From Acidobacteriota bacterium (lineage in GTDB: Bacteria; Acidobacteriota; UBA6911; RPQK01; JAJDTT01), in NCBI GenBank assembly GCA_965217775.1, contig CBDCJH010000002.1, positions 5,120,001-5,184,000 of the forward strand: a stretch of 64,000 nt of DNA, in the 5' to 3' direction. Shown piece by piece: positions 41,703 through 51,307 of the stretch. How positions within the stretch are numbered: position 1 is the first letter of the stretch; every line of letters begins with the position of its first letter. Both the position numbers and the translations under genes were made by a program. The notes under the pieces were generated by a model. The model was given only the letters and a program-made list of their open reading frames with translations, was not told the origin of the DNA and made no database searches.

Positions 41703-42851
41703 ATGAGTCCCAGATTTGCCCGACGCCTGGACGGCATTGAGATCTCGATGATCCGCCAGATCATGTCCCGGGCCGCGGGTTGCGTGAACCTGGGACTGGG
41801 CGAGCCGGAGTTCGCGGATCCTCCGCGGGTCCGGGAACAGGCGCGCCGCGTGTTGGAGGGTGGGCGGATCGGCTACTCTCCCAACGCCGGGGTCCCCGAG
41901 CTTTGCCGCCGGATCCACGAGTACCACGGCGGCCGCGACGGTCATTCGGTCTGCGTGACCAACGGGAGCCAGGAGGCTCTGTTTGACGTGGTGTTCGCCC
42001 TGGCGGGGCCGGGAGACGAGGTGCTGGTTCCCAATCCGGGATACGTCACCTACCCGACGGCGGTCCGTTTGGCCGGGGCAACCCCGGTCTCGTACCCCTT
42101 GGGGGCCGGCGACGGATTCCAGTTGGATCTGGAGGAGCTCGAAGCCCTGGTCTCCTCTCGAACCCGGGCCTTGATTCTCAACACGCCTTCCAATCCGACG
42201 GGCCGAAGCCTCACATTGGAGCAACTCCAGGGTGCGGCGCGTCTGGCCGAAGAGAAGGATCTGGTGCTCGTCAGCGACGAGATCTACCGGGAGATCTACT
42301 ACGGTTCGCCGCCTGCGTCGGCACTGGACGCGACGGACGCCGCCGTCGTCATCTGCGGGTTCTCCAAGGCAGCCGCCATGACCGGATGGCGCCTGGGCTG
42401 GGCCTGCGGACCCCAAGCCATCATCGACAAGGTGACGGTGCTCCACCAGAACACCTCCATCTGTGCGTCCACGTTGACCCAGAGGGCGGCTCTGGCGTTG
42501 TTCACGCCGGAGGGTAGGGACGAAATCGAGCGTATGCGGCAGCGTATGGCACGGAATTGCCGATTCACCTGCCGGTGGCTCGGCCGGCGGATGGGACAGG
42601 CGTTCGTTCCGCCCGACGGGGCGTTCTACGTCATGGTCTCGGTTGAGGAAACGGGTCTCGACAGCCTCTCGGCGAGTCTGGAACTGCTCCAGGACAAGGT
42701 GGCCACCATTCCCGGCGCCGCCTTCGGGTCCGAGGGAGAAGGCTACCTGAGGCTTTCGTTTGCCTGCCTGCCTGAATCGCTTAAGAAAGGGCTCCGGCGG
42801 TTCGAGACGGGCATCAAGCGGCTCGCGCGGAACCGGAAACAGCGCAGGTGA
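41703..42851 (+). CDS. PLP-dependent aminotransferase class I/II (candidate DapC)
   Basis: NLGLGEP, PSNPTG, SDEIY, FSK...MTGWRLG. Confidence 0.88.
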   Translation: MSPRFARRLDGIEISMIRQIMSRAAGCVNLGLGEPEFADPPRVREQARRVLEGGRIGYSPNAGVPELCRRIHEYHGGRDGHSVCVTNGSQEALFDVVFALAGPGDEVLVPNPGYVTYPTAVRLAGATPVSYPLGAGDGFQLDLEELEALVSSRTRALILNTPSNPTGRSLTLEQLQGAARLAEEKDLVLVSDEIYREIYYGSPPASALDATDAAVVICGFSKAAAMTGWRLGWACGPQAIIDKVTVLHQNTSICASTLTQRAALALFTPEGRDEIERMRQRMARNCRFTCRWLGRRMGQAFVPPDGAFYVMVSVEETGLDSLSASLELLQDKVATIPGAAFGSEGEGYLRLSFACLPESLKKGLRRFETGIKRLARNRKQRR

Positions 42852-42855
42852 TCTC

Positions 42856-43659
42856 ATGGCCTCCCCACCCATCATCACCTTCAGCACCGATTTCGGGAGC
42901 AGCGGTTCGTACGTCGGCGCGGTCAAGGGAGCCATCCTGCAGATCTGTCCGCAGGCCCGGATCGTAGACATCAGCCACGAGATCTCCTCCCACAACATTC
43001 TCGAGGCCGCATTCAATCTGGCTTGCAGCTATTCCTACTTCCCGGCCGGAACCGTTCATCTGGCGGTGGTGGATCCGGGGGTGGGGTCCGAGCGGCGAGG
43101 CATCGTCGTCTCCACGGACCGGTATCGCTTCGTGGGCCCGGACAACGGCCTCTTCACGCTGATCTATCGCCGGGAGAAGGTGAAACAGGTCATCTCCATC
43201 GAGTCGGCGAGGCATTGCCGAGAGACGGTGTCGGCCACCTTTCACGGCCGGGACGTCTTCGGCCCCGCCGCGGCTTGGCTGGCCTGTGGTTTGGAACCGG
43301 AGCAGTTGGGGCCGGAGGTGACGGATTGGCGCCAACTGCCGCTGACCCTCCTGCAACGGCAGGAGTCGGGCCGAATCCGCGGAGTCGTGCTTCAGGTCGA
43401 CCGGTTCGGCAACGTCATCACCAGCGTCCACGATCGCGAACTCCGAGATCTCCTGGGTTATCAGCCACAATTGGTGGAGTTTTCGGCCGGGGGCCGAAGA
43501 ATCGGCCGGCGTTGCCGCACCTATGCCGAGGCGCCGCCGGGAGAGCTCGTCTACCTGAAGGGGAGCAGCGGGTACTACGAGATCGCGGTCTCCGAGCGGT
43601 CGGCAGCCGGGATCTTGGGCCTGAAGGTGGGAGACCCGGTCCAGGTCACGGTTCGTTAG
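42856..43659 (+). CDS. SAM hydroxide adenosyltransferase (DUF62, fluorinase/chlorinase family)
   Basis: TDFG, VVDPGVGSER, GPDNG, TFHGRDVF, DRFGN. Confidence 0.93.
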   Translation: MASPPIITFSTDFGSSGSYVGAVKGAILQICPQARIVDISHEISSHNILEAAFNLACSYSYFPAGTVHLAVVDPGVGSERRGIVVSTDRYRFVGPDNGLFTLIYRREKVKQVISIESARHCRETVSATFHGRDVFGPAAAWLACGLEPEQLGPEVTDWRQLPLTLLQRQESGRIRGVVLQVDRFGNVITSVHDRELRDLLGYQPQLVEFSAGGRRIGRRCRTYAEAPPGELVYLKGSSGYYEIAVSERSAAGILGLKVGDPVQVTVR

Positions 43660-44006
43660 CCCCGCAAAGCTTTGCGGAGAACATCCACGGCCAGATCCGC
43701 AGCATGCAGCTTGTGGGAAGGCAGCCCTCCCAGGTAGTCCAGGATCGATTCGGCCGTGATTTCCCGGCACTCCCAGCTCCGGCGATTCCGGCACATTTGG
43801 GTGACGGCAGCGGAGGCGGCGATGGCGGCCGGGCAGCCATAGGTCTCGAAGCGGCTGTCCACAACGATGTCCTGCTGCAGCTTCAGGTAGAGATGGGTGA
43901 TGTCGCCGCAGATCGGGTTCTCGGCCCGGGCCGTATGGGTCGCGCCGGCGAGGCTTCCCCGGTTGGGAAGCTCACGAATGAGCTCTCTGGCCTTTTCGCT
44001 GTACAC
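43656..44006 (-). CDS. iscU: IscU/NifU-like Fe-S scaffold
   Basis: NPICGD, GC.AAIA. Confidence 0.85.
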   Translation of the reverse strand: MYSEKARELIRELPNRGSLAGATHTARAENPICGDITHLYLKLQQDIVVDSRFETYGCPAAIAASAAVTQMCRNRRSWECREITAESILDYLGGLPSHKLHAADLAVDVLRKALRG

Positions 44007-45174
44007 GGTTTCGACTTTCCCGATAGAGAGGGGAGAGTTCCCGCATCCTCCGGATGGTTCGCGGGAGCACGTCCAGAGCTGTCGTGATCTCTTCTTCAGC
44101 GGTCATCCGGCTGAGACTGAGCCGAAGCGCACTCTCGACCCGGCGGTTCTCGAACCCCATGGCCTTCAGGACGTGGGACGGCTCCAGCGATCCGGAAGAG
44201 CAGGCCGCGCCGGTAGAGACTGCGATCCCCTGAAGGTCCAATGAAATGAGAAGAGCTTCCCCCTCGACGCCTCGAAAACTCAAGTTGGTGGTGTGAGGCA
44301 TCCTTCGGAGCGTCGATCCATTGATCCGGGTCTGGGGAATACGCTCCAGGAGTCCCGTCTCGATCCGGTCGCGAAGGGATCGGACCCGGAGGTCGAAATC
44401 CGCCAGGCCTTCCCTAGCCAGGGCGACCGCCTTGCCCAGGGCGACGATACCCGGCACGTTCTCGGTGCCTCCCCGGCGTCCCCGTTCGTGAGAGCCGCCC
44501 AGGAGCAGAGATTTCATCTCCACACCGTGGCGAAGGTAGAGGGCCCCGACTCCCTTGGGCCCGTGGATCTTGTGACCCGATAGTGAAAGCAGGTCCACCC
44601 CCAGGTCGTTCACGTCCACGGGGATCTTGCCGGCCGACTGGACCGCGTCGGTGTGGAAGAGGATTCCCTTTTCCCGCGCAAACCGTCCCACCGCGCGCAA
44701 GTCTTGAATCGCACCGGTCTCGTTGTTGGCATGCATGATCGAGATCAGGATCGTGTCCTCACGAACCGCCGCGTGCAGGTCCTTAAGCCGGATCAACCCC
44801 TGACGGTCCACCGGCAGGTAGGTCACCTGGAATCCTTCCTCCTCCAACTGCTCCATGGTCCGCAGGACCGCGGGATGCTCGATGGTGGTGGTGATGAGAT
44901 GCCGTCCGTGTCCGGAATGGCTGGCGGCGATTCCCCGGATGGCGGTGTTGTCGGACTCGGTCCCCCCGCTGGTGAAGATGATCTCCTTGGGAAGACTGCC
45001 GATGAGATCGGAGACCGCCTGCCGGGCGGTCTCCACCGCCTCGCGGGCCTGCTGGCCGAATTCGTGAATCGATGAGGCGTTGCCGAAGTCCTGGAGAAAA
45101 TGAGGCGACATGACCTCCAGCACCCGTGGATCCACTCGTGTCGTGGCGTTGTTGTCCAGGTAGACTCGCCTCAC
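43972..45174 (-). CDS. iscS: cysteine desulfurase
   Basis: YLDNNATT, FTSGGTE, SGHKIHGPKG, STGAAC. Confidence 0.95.
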   Translation of the reverse strand: MRRVYLDNNATTRVDPRVLEVMSPHFLQDFGNASSIHEFGQQAREAVETARQAVSDLIGSLPKEIIFTSGGTESDNTAIRGIAASHSGHGRHLITTTIEHPAVLRTMEQLEEEGFQVTYLPVDRQGLIRLKDLHAAVREDTILISIMHANNETGAIQDLRAVGRFAREKGILFHTDAVQSAGKIPVDVNDLGVDLLSLSGHKIHGPKGVGALYLRHGVEMKSLLLGGSHERGRRGGTENVPGIVALGKAVALAREGLADFDLRVRSLRDRIETGLLERIPQTRINGSTLRRMPHTTNLSFRGVEGEALLISLDLQGIAVSTGAACSSGSLEPSHVLKAMGFENRRVESALRLSLSRMTAEEEITTALDVLPRTIRRMRELSPLYRESRNRVQRKGQRAHS

Positions 45175-45338
45175 TGCCGTCCCTTCTCCCGTTCCGCGCT
45201 ACGTATTTCCCAAGACTCGGAGGCGTTCACGCCGCTTCTGGCCATCGACCTTGACAGCCCCTGGAACCGATCTTACTAGAACAATGGCTAGCCAAGAAGG
45301 AACAAACGACAACGATTGATATGACGAGGAGGTCAACA

Positions 45339-45782
45339 ATGAGTCTCATCAGAGTAACGCCATTCGCAGGCATCAACGGATTGCACCGGTTGATGGATCA
45401 TTTCTGGCGCGACAGCCGTTTCCTGGCTCCCACCGACAGTGAGGAGGTCCAACCGGTGCGCCGGCCCATCTCGGACGTGTACGAGACCGGAGACAGCCTG
45501 GTCTTCACCATGGACCTGCCCGGATTCGACAAGAGCGAGATCGAGGTCAACGTCAACAACGGCTGTCTGGAAGTCAAGGGCGAGCGCAAGACCCAGGAGA
45601 AGGAGGATCGAACCTACCGCCAAGTCCAAAGGTGGCACGGGCGTTTCCAACGGTCCTTCCGGCTCCCCCGCGGACTGGATCGGGATAAGGTCTCGGCCGA
45701 ACTGAGGAACGGAGTCCTCAGCATCTCGATCCCCAAGCTGCAAGCGGCGAAACCCAAGCAGATCGCGGTCCGAGTCAGCTGA
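45339..45782 (+). CDS. Hsp20/alpha-crystallin small heat-shock protein
   Basis: DLPG, G.F.RSF.LP, A.L.NGVL.I..PK. Confidence 0.93.
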   Translation: MSLIRVTPFAGINGLHRLMDHFWRDSRFLAPTDSEEVQPVRRPISDVYETGDSLVFTMDLPGFDKSEIEVNVNNGCLEVKGERKTQEKEDRTYRQVQRWHGRFQRSFRLPRGLDRDKVSAELRNGVLSISIPKLQAAKPKQIAVRVS

Positions 45783-45795
45783 AGCTCCCTGCCCG

Positions 45796-45828
45796 AGGGC
45801 CCCGGAACCTCCCCCCTCCGGGGCCCTG
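45796..45828 (+). terminator. GC hairpin after hsp20
   Basis: AGGGCCCCGGA...TCCGGGGCCCT; no clear U-tract. Confidence 0.5.
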
Positions 45829-45873
45829 TCCACTTCGTTGAAAAACCTAGGGAGCAACCTGGGAGAGGCGACT

Positions 45874-47790
45874 GTGCGCCAGGCTAACTGGCACAAGATA
45901 GGCGGTGGAAGTCCGCCGAAACGAAGGACTAACCATCCACGTTTCTCCGCGAGCCGTGCGTGGGCACCCGTGAGGGTGTCGGCGAAGCGTCGGTAGCGGT
46001 GCGTATGGGCAGGCTATTGAGCATCGAAAGCTCCCTGATCGGAAGTGCCGAGGCTGTAGTCGCGGTCGAAGGCAACACCGGCTGGACCGCCCAGGTGAGG
46101 GACGGTCGGGCTCCGCGGTGTCAAAGAACCCAGGCACGTACGCAAATCTTGTTCCGGGACCTGGGAGGGCTTCATTTCACCCCGGGGGGTCGCCCCGGGG
46201 TCGCATGAGAAAGGAGTAACCCGAAACTCATGATGGACGGAACGAAGCAATCGGATTCATCCATAGTAGCGATGAAGCGGGCGAACAAAGAGGGGCGACC
46301 CTCGGCGGAGCCGGTGGAGCGAAGGGATGGAACCAAGGGGAATTCGGTGAGCCAAAGCACGCGCCGGACGCAGAGTCGGGGGAGCGTGTCCCAAGCGGTG
46401 GACCGGATACGGCGAGCGATCGCGAGAAACCCCAAGGAGCGACTGACCGCGCTGCTGCACCATATCACTGTGGAGGCCCTGCGCCGCGCCTACCTCGGAC
46501 TGAGGAAGGATGCTGCGCCGGGAATCGATGGGGTACGGTGGGAGGAGTACGGGGCGAAGCTGGAAGAGCGACTGCTGGACCTGCATCGCCGCGTGCACCG
46601 GGGCGCGTACCGAGCGCCTCCCGTCCGGCGGGTGAACATCCCCAAGCCGGATGGAAGGACACGACCGCTCGGCGTGGCCGCGCTGGAGGACAAGATCCTC
46701 CAGAAGGCAGTCGTGGACGAGCTCCTGACGCCGATTTACGAGGCGGAGTTTCTCGGGCTCAGCTACGGGTTCCGGCCCGGACGGAAGGCGCATGACGCGC
46801 TGGATGCACTGGCCTACGGGATCGAACGGCGGAAAGTCAACTGGATCGTGGACGCGGACATTCGGACGTTTTTCGATGCCATCGACCGGGACCGGCTGCT
46901 GCGGTTCGTGGAACGGCGGATCGGAGACCGGCGGGTGCTGCGGCTGCTGCGCAAGTGGCTGAACGCCGGCGTGATGGAAGAAGGGACCTGGTCGGACTCG
47001 GGGAGAGGGACGCCTCAGGGCGCCAACGTCTCGCCGGTCATGGCCAACGTGTACCTGCACTACGTGCTGGACCAATGGTTCCATCGGACGTGGCGTCCAC
47101 GAGTCCCCAATGGCGAAGCGATCCTGGTGCGATATGCGGACGACTTCGTGGCCGGATTCCAGAGACGGGCGGACGCGAAACGGTTTCTCCGAGACCTGGG
47201 GGAACGGTGCGCCGAGTTCGGGCTGGAACTGCACCCGGAAAAGACGCGACTGGTGGAGTTCGGACGATTTGCGGCAGCGGATCGGCGACGACGCGGGGAG
47301 CGGAAACCGGAGACGTTCGACTTTCTGGGGTTCACGCACTACTGTGCGAAGACCCGGAAGGGACGCTTCCGGCTGGGGCGGAAGCCAAGCGCGAAACGGA
47401 TGAACCGGACCCTGCAACGGTTGGGGGAGAGGCTGTGGAGACAACGGCACGCGGATCACTGGGAGGTCGGGAAATGGTTGAGCCGGGTCCTGAACGGCTG
47501 GCTGAACTATTTTGCGGTTCCGGGGAGTACGCGCTGGCTGCGAGGTTTCTGCTATCTGCTGCAACGGCGGTGGCTGCGAGCCTTGCGCCGCCGGTCTCAG
47601 CGCGACCGCTTCAGTTGGAGACGGTTGCGACGGATGACGGAATTGCTCTGGCCATCCGTGAAGATCCGTCACCCGTGGCCGGGGCAGCGGTTCCGCTGGC
47701 CGTCCACACCCAAGGTAGGAGCCGGATGCCTTAACGGGCACGTCCGGATCTGTGCGGGGGGCGGCAGGAAACTGCCGTTCCTACCGTGAC
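45874..47790 (+). mobile_element. group II intron (full length)
   Basis: 5' GTGCG at 45874; domain V GAGCCGGATGCC...GCACGTCCGGATC; domain VI ending AC at 47790. Confidence 0.9.
46230..47789 (+). CDS. ltrA: group II intron reverse transcriptase/maturase, no endonuclease domain
   Basis: APGIDG, IPK.DG..RPLG, SYGFRPGR, GTPQG, RYADD, FDFLGF. Confidence 0.96.
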   Translation: MMDGTKQSDSSIVAMKRANKEGRPSAEPVERRDGTKGNSVSQSTRRTQSRGSVSQAVDRIRRAIARNPKERLTALLHHITVEALRRAYLGLRKDAAPGIDGVRWEEYGAKLEERLLDLHRRVHRGAYRAPPVRRVNIPKPDGRTRPLGVAALEDKILQKAVVDELLTPIYEAEFLGLSYGFRPGRKAHDALDALAYGIERRKVNWIVDADIRTFFDAIDRDRLLRFVERRIGDRRVLRLLRKWLNAGVMEEGTWSDSGRGTPQGANVSPVMANVYLHYVLDQWFHRTWRPRVPNGEAILVRYADDFVAGFQRRADAKRFLRDLGERCAEFGLELHPEKTRLVEFGRFAAADRRRRGERKPETFDFLGFTHYCAKTRKGRFRLGRKPSAKRMNRTLQRLGERLWRQRHADHWEVGKWLSRVLNGWLNYFAVPGSTRWLRGFCYLLQRRWLRALRRRSQRDRFSWRRLRRMTELLWPSVKIRHPWPGQRFRWPSTPKVGAGCLNGHVRICAGGGRKLPFLP

Positions 47791-47901
47791 TTCTTGCCGC
47801 CCTCTTAATCGCCGACCCGAAACCGCCGGCTGCAAAGCCTGCGTTCCCACGCCCCTTTTTTCTGCGCGGATTGCACGGCTCCACAGTTGGTCGGGCCTAT
47901 C

Positions 47902-47929
47902 TTGCAGGGGGACCGGGTTCTGGTAGAAT
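47902..47929 (+). promoter_or_regulatory. tRNA promoter
   Basis: TTGCAG, 16-nt spacer, TAGAAT with TG extension. Confidence 0.6.
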
Positions 47930-47945
47930 ACAACCCTTTTCGAGA

Positions 47946-48018
47946 GCCGGGGTAGCTCAGTCGGTAGAGCAGGGGACTGAAAATCCCCGTGTCGGCGGTT
48001 CGATTCCGTCCCCCGGCA
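47946..48018 (+). tRNA. tRNA-Phe (GAA)
   Basis: Acceptor stem GCCGGGG/CCCCGGC, D arm TAGCTCAGTCGGTAGAGC, anticodon loop CTGAAAA, GGTTCGATTCC; CCA not encoded. Confidence 0.97.
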
Positions 48019-48267
48019 CCCCTCTACGGAATCGCCTTCTTCCACTTCCTTCTACCGTCCGCAGACGGAGCATTCGGTCCCCTGCGCCCCCGTCAACCCG
48101 CAAAATCGCGAAGCGCATCTCGATGTGAAGGCGGCGCGCGCGCCTGCTGCTCGCGGAAGAGGCATCGAGCCGGCTCAGCAGAAAATAATCTCCATCCCGT
48201 CCAGTCGCCCCTTGCAGCATGATCTCGAATAAACCAAGTTTATTGGACTAAGTGTCAGGAGGATTGC

Positions 48268-48507
48268 ATGCGGACCGTCAGTATGGACGAAGCCAAGACG
48301 CACCTTTCGCGTCTCGTACAGGCCGCCGCCAATGGCGAGCCGTTCATCATCGCCCGTGCCGGCAGGCCGATGGTCAAAGTCGTCGCGGTAGACGCGCCGG
48401 ATCCCGGAACAATGTGCCGAATCGGGTTTCTGGCCGGCAGAATCTCGGTGCCGCCCGACTTCGACCGCATGGGCGCTGACGAGATCGAGACATTGTTCGA
48501 AGGTTGA
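48268..48507 (+). CDS. Phd/YefM antitoxin
   Basis: EAKTHLSRLV...GE..II.R.G.P. Confidence 0.93.
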   Translation: MRTVSMDEAKTHLSRLVQAAANGEPFIIARAGRPMVKVVAVDAPDPGTMCRIGFLAGRISVPPDFDRMGADEIETLFEG

Positions 48508-48509
48508 GC

Positions 48510-48896
48510 GTGAGTTTCCTCCTCGACACTCATGTCCTGCTTTGGGCCGCGGGTGTGCCGGATCGGTTGCCGGCCGATGCGCGCACGCTGATCGAAAACC
48601 CTGCGACGGAGTTGATCTACAGTGCGGCATCGCTCTGGGAGGTGGCCATCAAGAACGGGTTGGGGCGCGCGGATTTCAGCGTCGATCCAAGCCTGCTGCG
48701 CCGGGGGTTGCTGGAGAATGGTTACACGGAATTGGCCGTGACCGGCGCCCATGCAGTGGTTGTGCATGGGCTGCCGCCGATCCACAAGGATCCATTCGAC
48801 CGCCTCCTGGTCGCACAGGCTCTGATTGAAGGGGTGACGCTGGTGACGGTGGATGAAGTCGTGGGGCGCTACTCGGGGCCGATCCGGGTACTTTGA
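48510..48896 (+). CDS. vapC: VapC PIN-domain toxin
   Basis: LLDTH..LW, SLWE..IK, HKDPFDR, VT.D. Confidence 0.93.
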   Translation: MSFLLDTHVLLWAAGVPDRLPADARTLIENPATELIYSAASLWEVAIKNGLGRADFSVDPSLLRRGLLENGYTELAVTGAHAVVVHGLPPIHKDPFDRLLVAQALIEGVTLVTVDEVVGRYSGPIRVL

Positions 48897-48906
48897 TGGC
48901 CATCGT

Positions 48907-48948
48907 GAAAGAAAGTGACTGTCCCCTTCTCGTGACTGTCCCCTTCTC
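48907..48948 (+). repeat. junction motif, copies 1-2 (tandem)
   Basis: GAAAGAAA(GTGACTGTCCCCTTCTC)x2. Confidence 0.85.
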
Positions 48949-49071
48949 GCGGGGCGAAGCGCGCGATAGCTTTAGCCGCGACGTGCTGGCGCACGGGTTG
49001 CGGTTGACGGCGGGTAAGGCGAGAGGGGAACATGAACCCGTGTCGCGGAGTTGAATCGACTATGGACTGGC

Positions 49072-49289
49072 ATGAGTACATATCCGTCGATCCGAATGTC
49101 TGTCACGGCCAAGCGTGCATTGCTGGCACTCGTGTGATGGTAACGGTCATCCTGGACAATTTCGCTGCCGGATTGACCGTCGAGGAGATTGCCGAGAGCT
49201 ATCCTTCCGTTTCCACCGATGCGGTCAGGGCCACTCTGCACTACGCCGCCGAATTGGCCAAGGAACGAGTAGTGCCCCTGGGAGCATAG
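49072..49289 (+). CDS. DUF433 family protein (antitoxin-like)
   Basis: I.VDP.VCHG..CI.GTRV.V..IL..YP. Confidence 0.92.
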
Positions 49290-49298
49290 AGACTCCCC

Positions 49299-49520
49299 AT
49301 GCGACTAAAACTCGATGAGAACCTGCCCGGCGAGTTGGCGAGGCTTTTCATCGAGGCGGGGCATGATGCAGTGACGATCCTCGACCAGGAAATCGGCGGT
49401 GCGACGGATGCAATCGTCGCATCCGCTTGTCTTAGTGAGGGTCGTGCCATTGTGACGATGGATACGCATTTTGCTGATATCCGAGGGTATCCCCCACATC
49501 TCTACCCCGGAATAACGGTC
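49299..49520 (+). pseudogene. DUF5615 PIN-like toxin, C-terminally truncated
   Basis: KLDENL, GHD, GA.D, EGR.IVT.D..F; runs into antisense mazF sequence. Confidence 0.8.
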
Positions 49521-49735
49521 CCGTCTGGCCTGCCGATCCAGGCTCTTGATCTGGTCGGCCAGAACGACGCCGGTGAAGGTTCCGGCGGCAGGAAGGGCGA
49601 CCTCGAAGGGATAGCCCTTGGCTCGGGAGGTGATGGGGCAGAACAGGGCGAGGCCGGTTTTCCGATTGTAGTTTCTCGGGCTCAGCGCCAGGGTCGGGAA
49701 GCGTCCCGCTTGTTCATGGCCGGCTTTAAGATTGA
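49515..49735 (-). pseudogene. mazF internal fragment
   Basis: AGHEQAG..P.L.LSP..YN.KTGL...CPITS..KGYPFEV; paralogous to 51308..51655. Confidence 0.85.
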
Positions 49736-49741
49736 GAAGCG

Positions 49742-49767
49742 GAAAGAAAGTGACTGTCAACCTTCTC
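49742..49767 (+). repeat. junction motif, copy 3
   Basis: GAAAGAAAGTGACTGTCAACCTTCTC. Confidence 0.8.
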
Positions 49768-49771
49768 GCGG

Positions 49772-49905
49772 ATGGGTCTGGCGGGGGCGAAGCTGGCGCG
49801 GGCGCAGAACTGTACCCTGCTCGGGACATTGTTGAAGGTCGGAACTCAGGGCCGGGCCACCACGCGCGAGGTCTGGCTGTCGTTTTCCGAGAGCTACCCG
49901 TTGAC
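49772..49905 (+). pseudogene. IS1380-family transposase C-terminal remnant
   Basis: GLAG..LARAQ..TL...LLKVG......REVWLSFSESYP resembles IS1380 C-termini as recalled. Confidence 0.55.
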
Positions 49906-50408
49906 TAGATTACCCGGTTTCCCCAGGCAGAAATTACGTTCTCGCTTTCGTTTTGGAGCCGTCTGATTCCTGGCACGCTGAGCTTCGGAGTAGCTGGCAC
50001 AAAATCAAACTCCCAATCAACCCACTGGACCGGAAAGCCGACAGTCTGGGCATATTCGTATGCGGCCGTACAGTGATGCTGGTAGCTTTCCCATCCGTTT
50101 TGCATCAACTGGCAAATGCCTTTTACAGCGACTCCTTCAATACCTACGACTAGAGCACCGGATCTCAAGCTCAACAAGTCCCACATGATACGAGATGCTT
50201 GACTACTATACTCTTCACCGTACGCAATCAAATGTAGGTCCTTGACCGTGCGAATGAACGTGTCTTTATACCCCTTTTCAACCAAAGTGCAGAGTGTTCT
50301 CAGGTCTCCCAGTTTCGGCCATCCCTGGGCTACCACTTTTCGATGTTTCAACTCTTCGTAAGAAGCATTTCTCTGATTCCGATCAATGGCAAGCCACCAT
50401 GTATTCAC
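49905..50408 (-). CDS. hypothetical protein resembling the N-terminal domain of Mrr/McrB-type restriction proteins
   Basis: VAQGWPKLGDL...LRSGALVV...Y...V.W; low GC; GGAG before the GTG start. Confidence 0.55.
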   Translation of the reverse strand: MNTWWLAIDRNQRNASYEELKHRKVVAQGWPKLGDLRTLCTLVEKGYKDTFIRTVKDLHLIAYGEEYSSQASRIMWDLLSLRSGALVVGIEGVAVKGICQLMQNGWESYQHHCTAAYEYAQTVGFPVQWVDWEFDFVPATPKLSVPGIRRLQNESENVISAWGNRVI

Positions 50409-50488
50409 GGCTCCTCCCCCCTTTTCTTGAGTGACGTCCATTCTGAAGGTTTCGCCATATTGTACCCCTTGTTCGGATCAAGGCGGGA

Positions 50489-50514
50489 GAAAGAAAGTGA
50501 CTGTCCCCTTCTTC
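50489..50514 (+). repeat. junction motif, copy 4
   Basis: GAAAGAAAGTGACTGTCCCCTTCTTC. Confidence 0.85.
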
Positions 50515-51250
50515 CTGGTCCGCGACCCGTTGACTTCGCCAAACCGCGATCACGCAACCCCGCCAAGGCTCGCTTGATCTGCCGCTCGCTGGCATCAGCT
50601 ACCAAACCAGCAACAATCTCGCGCAAGGCCAAGCCATCCTCCGCGTCATCAAGCAGCGCCAAAATTGCATCTTACCGCTTGATCACGTCATCCCCGCTGC
50701 CTCTGGGCGGAACGTAGTCGGCGCGTCGAAAGCGCAACGTCACGCAATCGCCGCGTTCCTCGATCTCGGGCCGGGGCAGTCCGGCGGAGGTCGCCAGTTC
50801 CGCCATCCTGAGCGTACCGCGGCCCCACTCCTCGATAATGCCGCGCCGGTAGAAGGTGCGAGCGATCAGCGGATTCCAGGGCCGCGACTCGTGCGGCCCG
50901 AACAAATCATCCGGAGTCAGCCCGAAGTGCAGCGGGCCGGTCGAAGTCACCTCCAGGCGATCGTCGTACACCGCGAGCCCGATGGAGCCGCCGCCCATCG
51001 CGTAATCGCCGTGGCACAGAGCGTTCGCCAGCGCCTCGGGAGTGGCCAAGGGCGGGTAGAGCGGTTCGTCGATGCGCGCCATGCGTCCCGATTCGAACCG
51101 GCTGGCGATGGGCAGCGTTTCACGCAGGAAACGTTCCGCGTTCGCAAGGACCACGAAGGCGTTGCCGTTGAATTGCCGGTTGTCCAGGAAGTCGGAGCGG
51201 TTGGTGCCCCGAAAACGGGCCACGCGCAGCAGGCACTGCGGCATTTCGCG
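50515..51250 (-). pseudogene. AlbA/RecG-C (HATPase_c_4 + wHTH) protein fragment
   Basis: EALANALCH.DY, DRLEV.S.G, NPLIA..F...G.IE.WGRG; N-terminus missing, frameshift near 50670. Confidence 0.8.
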
Positions 51251-51258
51251 TGACTCGT

Positions 51259-51283
51259 GAAAGTAGGTGACTGTCCCCTTTTC
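51259..51283 (+). repeat. junction motif, copy 5
   Basis: GAAAGTAGGTGACTGTCCCCTTTTC. Confidence 0.85.
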
Positions 51284-51307
51284 GGTTCAACCCGTTTACG
51301 GCGCGGG

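Noticed and set aside
46230-47789. Retron, DGR or defence reverse transcriptase
   Set aside because: Clear group II intron boundaries, domain V and a maturase domain.
49299-49835. Full-length 178-aa PIN fusion protein
   Set aside because: The C-terminal half is antisense mazF sequence, a chimera of fragments.
48907-51283. CRISPR array or integron attC array
   Set aside because: Spacers are about 750-830 bp and gene-bearing, there are no cas or intI genes, and no RYYYAAC/GTTRRRY ends.
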